Assembly: GCA_963828165.1 (NCBI GenBank)
Contig: CAWHDR010000001.1
Coordinates: forward strand, 2,624,001 to 2,688,000
DNA length: 64,000 nt
Origin: an uncultured Chloroflexia bacterium
Lineage (GTDB): Bacteria; Chloroflexota; Limnocylindria; Limnocylindrales; CSP1-4
Direction of reading: 5' to 3'
A program made the position numbers and the translations under genes. Below the pieces are notes generated by a model. It was not told where the DNA came from. It saw nothing but the letters and a program-made list of their open reading frames with translations, and searched no databases. This document shows, one piece after another, positions 10,116 through 19,493 of the stretch. Positions within the stretch are counted from its first letter, which is position 1; every line of letters starts with the position of its first letter.

Positions 10116-12341
10116 ACGGCGGGCGGATCGCAGTCGGCGTTTCCGGCGCCGGTTCCAACCTGCGCGCCCTGGAGGCGGCCGCCACCCGGGGAGAGCTGGG
10201 CGGCGAGATCGTCCTGGTCTTCGCCGACCGGGCGTGCCGGGCCCTTGACTGGGCCGCCGAGGAGGGGATCGACACCGCCCTGATCGCAGACGGCGACGAC
10301 GCGACACTCGTCGATGCGCTCGAAGCCGCGAGCCCCGATGTCGTGGTCCTGGCCGGCTACATGCGGATCCTTGGCCCCGCGGTGCTGGGCGCCTACGAGG
10401 GCCGGATCCTCAACACGCATCCATCACTGCTGCCGGCATTTCCGGGCGCGCACGCCGTCCGGGACGCCCTCGCGCACGGTGTCGCGGTCACGGGCGTGAC
10501 GGTCCACCTCGTCGACGCCACGCTCGACGGCGGCCCGATCGTGACGCAGGAGGCGGTCCCGATCCTCCCCGGTGACGACGAGGCATCCCTGCACGACCGG
10601 ATCCGGGGGGTGGAGCATCGACTGCTGCCGCGGGCCGTGAGCCTGCTCCTGGCCGGCTCCCTGCGGGTCGATGCCGACGGCCGGCACGTGACGATCGATC
10701 TGGAACGCGCCGACGCGCGCGTGCCGATGCCGCGCCGCGCGCTCCTGTCCGTCTCGGACAAGACGGGTCTCGCGGACCTGGGTCGCGGGCTGGTCGCACG
10801 CGGCTTCGAGCTCGTCTCGACCGGCGGCACGGCGCGGGCGCTTCGAGACGCCGGCTTGCCGGTGACCGATGTCGCGGCCGTGACCGGCAGCCCGGAGATG
10901 CTCGACGGCCGGGTGAAGACCCTGCACCCACGCGTGCACGGGGGGCTGCTCGCCGATCGGCGGCTCGACGACCACCGACGCCAACTGCTGGGCGCCGGCA
11001 TCGCGCCGTTCGAGCTGGTCGTGGTGAACCTGTACCCGTTCGCGGCTGCCCTCGAGCGTCCGGGCATCACCATCGACGAGCTCATCGAGGAGATCGACAT
11101 CGGCGGCCCATCCATGGTCCGGGCGGCGGCGAAGAACCACGCGAACGTGGCGATCGTGACCTCGCCGGATCGCTACCCCGCGGTGCTCGAGGCGCTTGAC
11201 GGCAAGACCGGGCTCGACGACGCGTTCCGGCGTGAGCTGGCGATCGAAGCGTTCGCCCACACCGCGGCCTACGACGCGCGGATCGCGGCCGAGCTGCCGG
11301 GACGGTTCGTGGACGCCGGCCTGCTGCCGGCCCCGGACGACCCTTACCCGCCGACGCTGACGATCGCGCTCGAGAAGGTCGAGACGCTGCGCTACGGCGA
11401 GAACCCGCACCAGCCGGCGGCCCGCTACCGCCGGTCCGGGCACCGACCTGGATGACGGCCTTTTCGGGGTCGAGCGGACGCCCCTTCAGGGCAAGGCGCT
11501 CTCGTACAACAACGTCTTGGACGCGGCAGCAGCGTCCGGGCTCGGTCGGGCGCTGCGCGGCCCCGGTGTCGTCATCGTCAAGCACACGAACCCGTGTGGC
11601 GCCGCCGAGCGGGCCACGCTGCTCGGAGGCCTGGGAGGCGGCGCTCGAGGCGGACCCGGTCAGCGCGTTCGGCGGGGTGGTGGCGCTGACCCGCGAGGTC
11701 GATCGCGTCCGTGGCCGAGGCGCTCACCTCGATCTTCCTCGAGATCGTCGTCGCTCCCGCCTACACACCAGACGCGCTCGAGATCCTGGCGAAGAAGCCT
11801 AACCTGCGCGTGCTCGTCGACGAGCGCCTGGCGTCCGACGACGCGGTCGCAGCCGAGCGCCGCCTCGCCAGTCGGCTCGATCCGGACGGCCGGCGGCGCC
11901 GTTCTCGTGACCACCCCCGACATCGTCACGGATGCTCCTGCGACATGGACGTGCGCCACGCGCCGCCCGCCGACCGACGAGGAGCAGCTCGATCTGGACC
12001 TCGCGTGGCGCCTGGTCCGCGGCGTGACTTCGAACGCGATCGTCCTCGTGCGCGAGCGCCGGCTCGTCGGGATGGGCAGCGGCCAGACCTCTCGCGTGGA
12101 CGCGGCGCGACAGGCCGTCGCCAAGGCGCACGCGATGCTTGGCGTCGCCTCCACGGCGGGGGCCGCGTGCGCATCGGACGCGTTCTTCCCGTTCCCCGAC
12201 GCCGTCGAGCTGTGCCTGGCGGCCGGCGTCCGGGCCTTCGCCCAGCCGGGCGGCTCCATGCGCGACGCCGAGGCCGTGTCCGCGGTCGATGCCGCCGGGG
12301 GCACCATGCTCATCACCGGGACGCGCCACTTCCGACACTGA
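10112..12341 (+). CDS. purN/purH: Fused PurN (GAR transformylase)-PurH (IMP cyclohydrolase/AICAR transformylase); four +1 frameshifts near 11450, 11625, 11710 and 11860
   Basis: VSGAGSNL, LAGYMRIL, NTHPSLLPAFPG (PurN) run in frame into RALLSVSDKTG, GRVKTLHP, IDIGGPSM, LRYGENPHQ; then LSYNN, KHTNPCG, DPVSAFGG, GQTSRVD, SDAFFPF, TGTRHFRH in successive frames. Confidence 0.92.
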
Positions 12342-12395
12342 GCGGCGGACACCGACGCGCGGCGGATGGCGGAGGGCGGAGGGCCGGACGGGGGC

Positions 12396-12590
12396 TATCA
12401 TCGCGCGACCGTCCTGGCACCTGACCGGCTGGCAGGCATTCGAATCGATGGTCGAGACGTCTGGCGCCGAACCGCCCCGTGCTTGACCGGGCGTCGAGGC
12501 GTCCCCCATCATCGGGCCATGGTTCGACTCGGGAGCTCGATGGTGATGCCCGGGCGGCCCCGCTCCGGACGATCCTGACCCAGGATCCGC
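12396..12590 (+). promoter_or_regulatory. Putative -10 (TATCAT) and multi-hairpin structured leader of metG
   Basis: Stems 12406-12413/12447-12454, 12456-12462/12497-12503, 12507-12517/12535-12545, 12571-12577/12581-12587. Confidence 0.45.
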
Positions 12591-12662
12591 GCCGGCGGCC
12601 GGCCGCCGTGTCCGCCCCCGCCCAGCGCCGCGCGCACGAGTCCCCGAACCAGGAAGCCACCC

Positions 12663-14318
12663 ATGCCTGACCGTCCCCGTTACTACCTGACAACGGCCAT
12701 CGCGTACGCCAACAACAAGCCGGGTCTGCACACCCTGTACGAAGTGATCGGCGCGGACGTGATCGCCCGCTGGCACCGGATGAAGGGCGACGAGACGCGG
12801 TTCCTGACGGGCACCGACGAGCATTCGATCAACATCGCCCAGGCCGCGGTCGACGAGGGACGCCCCGCGCGCGAGTTCGTCGACGAGAAGGTCGAGTACT
12901 TCAGGGCCGCCGAGGACGCCCTGCTCATCAGCCCCGATCGATTCATCCGCACGACCGACCCCGACCACATCCGTGCGGCGCAGGAGATGGTCCGGCGCGC
13001 CCACGCGAACGGCGACATCTACCTCGGCACGTACGAGGGCTGGTACTGCCCGAACGAGGGCTTTCGCAACGCTACGGACGTCGTCGAAACGGCGCGCGGG
13101 ACGATCTGCCCGAACCACCCCGACGTGCCGCTCCAATGGCTCACCGAGAAGAACTGGTTCTTCCGGCTGTCGGCCTACCAGGAGCGGCTCGAGCGCTACT
13201 TCGACGACCACCCGGACTTCGTCCAGCCCGACTTCCGGCGCAACGAGATGCTGGGGTTCATCCGGGGCGGGCTCGAGGATTTCTCGATCTCCCGTGAGCG
13301 CACACCGGGCGACTGGGGCATCCCGTTCCCCATCGCCGAGAACGGTGAGACCGCCCTCCGCGAGGACGGCACGTGGGATCCGGAGGCCGGCAAGATCTAC
13401 GTCTGGTACGACGCGCTGATCAACTACATCACGGGAGCCGGCTTCCCGGACGACATGGACGCCTTCGTGACGTGGTGGCCGGCCGATCTCCACGTCATCG
13501 GCAAGGACATCGCCCGGTTCCACACGGTCTTCTGGCCAGCGATGCTCTGGAGCGCGGGTCTCGAGGCGCCCCGCCACGTCTGGATCCACGGCTGGCTGCT
13601 GGCGGCCGGCGGGGAGCGCATGAGCAAGAGCCGCGGCAACTTCCTGGACCCCAACGACTTCGTGGCCGCCTTCGGTGCCGACGGGGCGCGCTACGTCGTG
13701 CTGCGAGAGGTGCCGTTCGATCGCGATGCCGAGGTGTCGTGGGATTCGTTCGTGCGGCGCTTCAACGCCGATCTGGCCAACGACTTCGGCAACCTGCTGA
13801 ACCGGACCGTGTCGATGACGAACCGCTACCTCGATGGGGAGCGGCCGGCGCCGCGGCCGGTCGGAGAAACGCCCTTCGGGGAGGGCTGGAACGAATTCCT
13901 CCTTCGGTCCTACGGTGACCACATCGAGCGCTGCATGCTGCACGTCGCCCTGAGCGAGCTGTGGACGCTGGTGGATGCCGCGAACAAGGTCGTCGATGCC
14001 GAAAAGCCATGGGTGCTCGCCAAGGCGGCCAAAGAGGGCGACGAGGCTGCCGCCACCCAGCTCCGCGGCGTACTCGGCGACCTGCTGGAGGCGTGCCGGC
14101 TGATCGGCCTGGCCGTGGCCCCGTTCATGCCGACCGTCGCGCCCCGTGTGCTCGCGCAGCTCGGCTACGGGTACGAATACGGTGCGGACGGGAACGGCGG
14201 GCCGCCCATCCTCGAGCAGTTGGCCTGGGGCGCGCGGGCAGGGGAGCCGGGCCACGTGACGGCGCCGGAGCCGCTCTTTCCGCGCCTCGATCTGGACGCC
14301 GATATCGAGAGGCCTTGA
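12663..14318 (+). CDS. metG: Methionine-tRNA ligase (short form, variant signature motifs)
   Basis: YYLTTAIAY, FLTGTDEH, YEGWYC, YVWYDALINY, IGKDIARFH, RMSKSRGN, NADLANDFGNL, LFPR. Confidence 0.95.
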   Translation: MPDRPRYYLTTAIAYANNKPGLHTLYEVIGADVIARWHRMKGDETRFLTGTDEHSINIAQAAVDEGRPAREFVDEKVEYFRAAEDALLISPDRFIRTTDPDHIRAAQEMVRRAHANGDIYLGTYEGWYCPNEGFRNATDVVETARGTICPNHPDVPLQWLTEKNWFFRLSAYQERLERYFDDHPDFVQPDFRRNEMLGFIRGGLEDFSISRERTPGDWGIPFPIAENGETALREDGTWDPEAGKIYVWYDALINYITGAGFPDDMDAFVTWWPADLHVIGKDIARFHTVFWPAMLWSAGLEAPRHVWIHGWLLAAGGERMSKSRGNFLDPNDFVAAFGADGARYVVLREVPFDRDAEVSWDSFVRRFNADLANDFGNLLNRTVSMTNRYLDGERPAPRPVGETPFGEGWNEFLLRSYGDHIERCMLHVALSELWTLVDAANKVVDAEKPWVLAKAAKEGDEAAATQLRGVLGDLLEACRLIGLAVAPFMPTVAPRVLAQLGYGYEYGADGNGGPPILEQLAWGARAGEPGHVTAPEPLFPRLDLDADIERP

Positions 14319-14320
14319 GC

Positions 14321-14517
14321 GCTCCGGGCCGGATTCACTGACGCTGAACGTTGGCATGGCCAAGACTCCTTGGAACCACGATCGGTGTTCTGTTCCGGTA
14401 CGGCTATTCGCTGGCACAGAACGGGCGGTTTCGAGCGACGGCCACGATCGGCGCTTCGAGACGTTGACCGCTCGAACGTTCCCCAGCAGTGAATCCGCTG
14501 GGCCGTGAACCCGGAGC
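14321..14517. repeat. Branched palindromic element (MITE/REP-like or ncRNA)
   Basis: Nested inverted repeats GCTCCGGG/CCCGGAGC, CGGATTCACTG/CAGTGAATCCG, GAACGTT/AACGTTC enclosing three hairpins; CCACGATCGG occurs twice. Confidence 0.6.
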
Positions 14518-14540
14518 ACAGCGCCGCCTACCATGCCCCG

Positions 14541-15371
14541 ATGCGCCTCGTCGACTCGCATTGCCACCTCAACGCCGACCGCTTCGAGCGCGACGCTGAG
14601 GAGGTTCTGGGCGCTGCCCGCCTCGCGGGCGTCGAGCGGATCCTCGTCCCAGGCTGGAATCTCGCCTCGAGTCGTCGCGCCCTCGACCTCGTCGAGCGCT
14701 TCACGTGGCTGGATGCTGCGGTCGGCGTCCATCCGCACGACGCGGCCAAGGCCGACGACGCCGCCTGGGCCCAGATCGTCGCCTGGGCCAGCGACGAACG
14801 CGTGGTCGCGATCGGTGAGACCGGCCTCGACTATGACCGTGTCTTCAGCCCGATCCCGGACCAGCTGACGAACCTGCGGCGCAACCTCGCCCTGTGCGTC
14901 GAGACCGGCAAGCCCGCGATCCTGCACTGCCGCTCCGCGGCCGGGCAGCGCGACGCCCAGGACGCCCTCCTCGCCGAGCTTCGAGCCGCCGGCGTCGGCA
15001 CGGCCGCATGGGCCGCCGCGTTCGGAGACAGGCCCCCGGTCGTGATCCATTCCTTCTCCGGACCGATGGACTACGCCCGGGCCATGCTGGACCTGGGCGC
15101 GGCGATCAGCTTCTCCGGTCTCGTCTTCCGAAAGGGCGAAGAGGCGTCGGCGGAGGTCGCCGCGATCGTTCCCGCCGAGCGGCTCCTGGTCGAGACGGAT
15201 TCGCCGTTCCTGGCGCCGCCGGGCGCGCCCCGTTCGCGCAACGAACCCGAGTACGTGCGCATCACGGCGGCCTGGGTGGCGGAGCGGCGCGGGGTCCCCA
15301 CGGACGACCTCGAAGCGACGCTTGTCGTGGCGTACGAGCGAACGTTCCCACGGATACGCCGCTCGGGTTGA
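14541..15371 (+). CDS. tatD: TatD family hydrolase
   Basis: LVDSHCHL, AVGVHPH, AIGETGLDY, IHSFSG, LLVETDSPFLAP, RNEP; usual position after metG. Confidence 0.93.
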   Translation: MRLVDSHCHLNADRFERDAEEVLGAARLAGVERILVPGWNLASSRRALDLVERFTWLDAAVGVHPHDAAKADDAAWAQIVAWASDERVVAIGETGLDYDRVFSPIPDQLTNLRRNLALCVETGKPAILHCRSAAGQRDAQDALLAELRAAGVGTAAWAAAFGDRPPVVIHSFSGPMDYARAMLDLGAAISFSGLVFRKGEEASAEVAAIVPAERLLVETDSPFLAPPGAPRSRNEPEYVRITAAWVAERRGVPTDDLEATLVVAYERTFPRIRRSG

Positions 15372-15397
15372 CAGGGTCACGGTCCGTTCGGTACGCT
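15368..15397 (+). promoter_or_regulatory. sigma70/sigmaA promoter of groES-groEL
   Basis: TTGACA(15368)-18 bp-TACGCT(15392), just upstream of CIRCE. Confidence 0.75.
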
Positions 15398-15402
15398 GCG
15401 CA

Positions 15403-15429
15403 TTGGCACTCTGACACAGAGAGTGCTAA
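15403..15429. promoter_or_regulatory. CIRCE operator (HrcA)
   Basis: TTGGCACTC-N9-GAGTGCTAA, one mismatch to TTAGCACTC-N9-GAGTGCTAA, upstream of groES. Confidence 0.95.
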
Positions 15430-15605
15430 TGCATCGCCGACCCCCCTGGACGAGGGCCGAGAACCACTCGGCGGGAGATGTCAGGGACGCGTCCGAGCGG
15501 TGCGACAGATGAGGGACCGGCAGACCACGCCCCGTTCCGGCGGGTCGCTGCTCCGAGAAGCCATGCCTGACGGTCGGCCCTGGCCGTCACAGGAGGAACT
15601 GCACG

Positions 15606-15926
15606 TTGGCCAAAGCCACTGCCACTGCCACCGCTACGAAGTTGCGCCCACTCGGTGACCGCGTCGTGATCGAGCCGATCCCGCGCGAGGACATGACCAA
15701 GAGCGGCATCGTCCTTCCGGACACCGCCAAGGAGAAGCCCCAGGAGGGCAAGGTCATCGCCGTCGGACCGGGCGCCTTCGACAACGACGGCAAGCGCATC
15801 ACGATCGACGTCTCGACCGGCGACAAGGTCCTGTACGCGAAGTACGCCGGGACCGAATTCAAGCTCGACGGCGAGGACCTCCTCATCGTCGCGGCGAAGG
15901 ACATCCTGGCGATCGTCGAGGGCTGA
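15606..15926 (+). CDS. groES: Co-chaperonin GroES (TTG start)
   Basis: [41 protein letters not shown]; AGGAGG RBS. Confidence 0.98.
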   Translation: MAKATATATATKLRPLGDRVVIEPIPREDMTKSGIVLPDTAKEKPQEGKVIAVGPGAFDNDGKRITIDVSTGDKVLYAKYAGTEFKLDGEDLLIVAAKDILAIVEG

Positions 15927-17615
<1,689 letters not shown>

Positions 17616-17625
17616 GGGTCCTTCC

Positions 17626-17697
17626 GCGTCCGGTGAATCGGACGCACGCACGAAACGCGCTCAGAGGCGGGCGTCCCAGCCGGGATGCCCGCCTCTG
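17626..17697 (+). terminator. Tandem hairpins after groEL (probable terminator)
   Basis: GCGTCCG/CGGACGC (17626-17645) and a 16-bp stem CAGAGGCGGGCGTCCC/GGGATGCCCGCCTCTG (17662-17697); weak U-tract. Confidence 0.65.
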
Positions 17698-17773
17698 TCC
17701 GTACCCGGGACGGCTTCCAGCAGATGGGCGTCATCGGAACGTGAACCGTGCCGCAGACACGAGGAGCCCCACG

Positions 17774-17933
17774 GTGCCTGAAGATGACCTGACGATCCGT
17801 GCGCTCCGCGGACCCGAAGACCTCGACCTGTTCCGCTCGAACGACGGATGCGGGCAACCGGCCGATGGCCCAGGCCTTCGCGCGAGCAGGCTACGCAACC
17901 TTCGAGCGCCAGCTGGATATGACCTGGGGCTGA
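17774..17933 (+). pseudogene. Internally deleted GNAT acetyltransferase remnant
   Basis: RBS GAGGAG + GTG, VPEDDLTIRALRGPEDLDLF joined (one frame change) to TTDAGNRPMAQAFARAGYATFERQLDMTWG*, resembling the GNAT C-terminal N-x-x-M/A-x-x-x-F-x-R/K-x-G-Y/F motif. Confidence 0.6.
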
Positions 17934-18155
17934 CCGCACCAGGGAGGGGTCGGAGCGTCCGATCGGCGCGGGCAGCGCAAGGGCCACCGCAAGGTTCGCG
18001 GCGGATACTGGGGGCGAATCAGGCCCTCGGGGTGGGGGACTCGTCGCCCAGTCGACGTGAACAGCCCGAGGGTCTGTTCATGTCCCGCACATTGCGCTGC
18101 GACGCATACTCGGCGCGAACCGGCACCGGCCGGGCGAACCAGGGGAGGACACCGC

Positions 18156-18554
18156 ATGTTCCGGATCCGTCGTTTCGGTGTCATGAAGACCGCCACCGTC
18201 GTCGCGGTCATGTACATGGTCATCGTCGCCATCTTCGTGGTGCCCTTCGCGTTGCTCGTCGCGATCGCCGGCACCAGCACCGGCACCGGCGATGGCGTCC
18301 AGGGCGGCCTCGGAGCGGCACTCGTGCTGGGGGTCGTGGCGATCTTCGGGTACGGGCTCATCGGCTGGGTGTTCACGGCGCTCGCATGCCTGATCTACAA
18401 CCTGGTCGCCGGCTGGGTCGGTGGGATCGAAGTCCAGGTGGAGACCGTCGCGCCGCCGCCGACCCTGCCGGACTGGGGTACCACCCCGCAACCACCGCCA
18501 GCGGCCCCGCCAAACCCGCCTGCCCCATCGCAGCCACCGTCCTCGAGCGTTTGA
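18156..18554 (+). CDS. Small two-TM membrane protein with Pro-rich tail (DUF3566-like)
   Basis: GGAGG RBS; two hydrophobic helices; IYNLVAGWVGGIEV motif. Confidence 0.7.
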   Translation: MFRIRRFGVMKTATVVAVMYMVIVAIFVVPFALLVAIAGTSTGTGDGVQGGLGAALVLGVVAIFGYGLIGWVFTALACLIYNLVAGWVGGIEVQVETVAPPPTLPDWGTTPQPPPAAPPNPPAPSQPPSSSV

Positions 18555-18630
18555 CACATCCGGCCATCACGACGAGCCTGTCCTGGCGCGTCCTTAGGGC
18601 GCACGTCCATCGTCCCGACTGCCAGAGGCC

Positions 18631-19446
18631 CTGATCATCCGCGTCCCGCAGGCACGATCCTTCGCGCTCGTCATCGCTGTTGCTATCGCCGTCGGTGCAT
18701 GCCAGAGCGCCCCGTCTCTCCCGACCCTGACCGACCCCCGTGAGATCCTGGCCGCAGCGGTCACGACCGCGAGCACCGCTAAGACCGTCCGCATCGACGG
18801 GTCCGCGGATGGCACGATCGGCCTCGATCTGGCAGCGTCCGGGGCGCCGGCGGCGTTCGAGCTGACCGGGACGAGCTTCTCCGCCGACCTCGACCTGGCG
18901 AACGGCGATGCCCGCGCGACGTTCTCGGCACCCGGCCTGCTCGGTCTCACCGGGGAGGTCATCGCCATCGACGGTACGGCCTATCTGAAGTCGACGCTGA
19001 CCGGGTCCCTGTACCGGGAGCTGTCCATCGGCGCGGACCTCCCGGAGCCCTCCGCGGCCGCGCGCGCCAACATCCTCAAGACGCTCACCGACCTCCTTGC
19101 GAGCCCCGAGCTCGACCCGGTCAAGGCCGAGGACATTGCCTGCGGCGGGGCGACCTGCTACCAGGTCGAGATCACGATGACGCCCGCCGACCTCAAGGCC
19201 CTGGGTGCCGGCGATGTCGAGCCGATCGACATGTTCGCGATCCCCGTCCCTCTCCCGGACCTCGCGGCGGCGACGGTCGATCTGACCGTACTCGTCGCCA
19301 AGGACACGACGCGACTCGCCGGCATGACGGCCGATGCGGACTCGGGCGCCAATGGTGCAGCCGTCCTGGACCTGACGTTCTCGAAATGGGATGAGGCCGT
19401 GTCGATCAGCGCCCCGCCGCCCGATCAGGTCGCGCCCGCGAACTGA
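18631..19446 (+). CDS. LppX/LprAFG-like (LolA-fold) lipoprotein; start codon non-canonical or uncertain
   Basis: Signal peptide with lipobox-like VGAC; IAIDGTAYLK, CGGATCYQV, LTFSKWDEAVSISAPP; no ATG/GTG/TTG in frame before the lipobox. Confidence 0.7.
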   Translation: MIIRVPQARSFALVIAVAIAVGACQSAPSLPTLTDPREILAAAVTTASTAKTVRIDGSADGTIGLDLAASGAPAAFELTGTSFSADLDLANGDARATFSAPGLLGLTGEVIAIDGTAYLKSTLTGSLYRELSIGADLPEPSAAARANILKTLTDLLASPELDPVKAEDIACGGATCYQVEITMTPADLKALGAGDVEPIDMFAIPVPLPDLAAATVDLTVLVAKDTTRLAGMTADADSGANGAAVLDLTFSKWDEAVSISAPPPDQVAPAN

Positions 19447-19493
19447 CGCCCGCCACGAAGGCTCCGATGCGCGCCGCCACCTAGAATGCGGAG

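Noticed and set aside
11440-11875. Programmed ribosomal frameshifting in purH
   Set aside because: Four independent +1 shifts inside one conserved domain, with no slippery heptamers, fit sequence error far better.
1-12341. Missing purE/purK as a pathway gap
   Set aside because: The operon is cut by the window edge, so these genes may lie upstream or elsewhere.
12396-12662. T-box, SAM-I/IV or ZTP riboswitch call
   Set aside because: No T-box bulge consensus or SAM core motifs were found, and a ZTP switch would lie upstream of purH, not downstream.
14321-14517. 6S RNA or SRP RNA
   Set aside because: The fold is a multi-branched junction rather than a rod with a central bubble, and the SRP domain IV motif is absent. 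Left as an unassigned element.
11799-15380. 1193-aa minus-strand ORF, and similar long antisense ORFs (4942-7554, 16023-17651, 19425-21614, 22704-24860, 49778-53476)
   Set aside because: They are shadows of well-supported plus-strand genes. High GC3 removes antisense stops, and they show no recognisable motifs.
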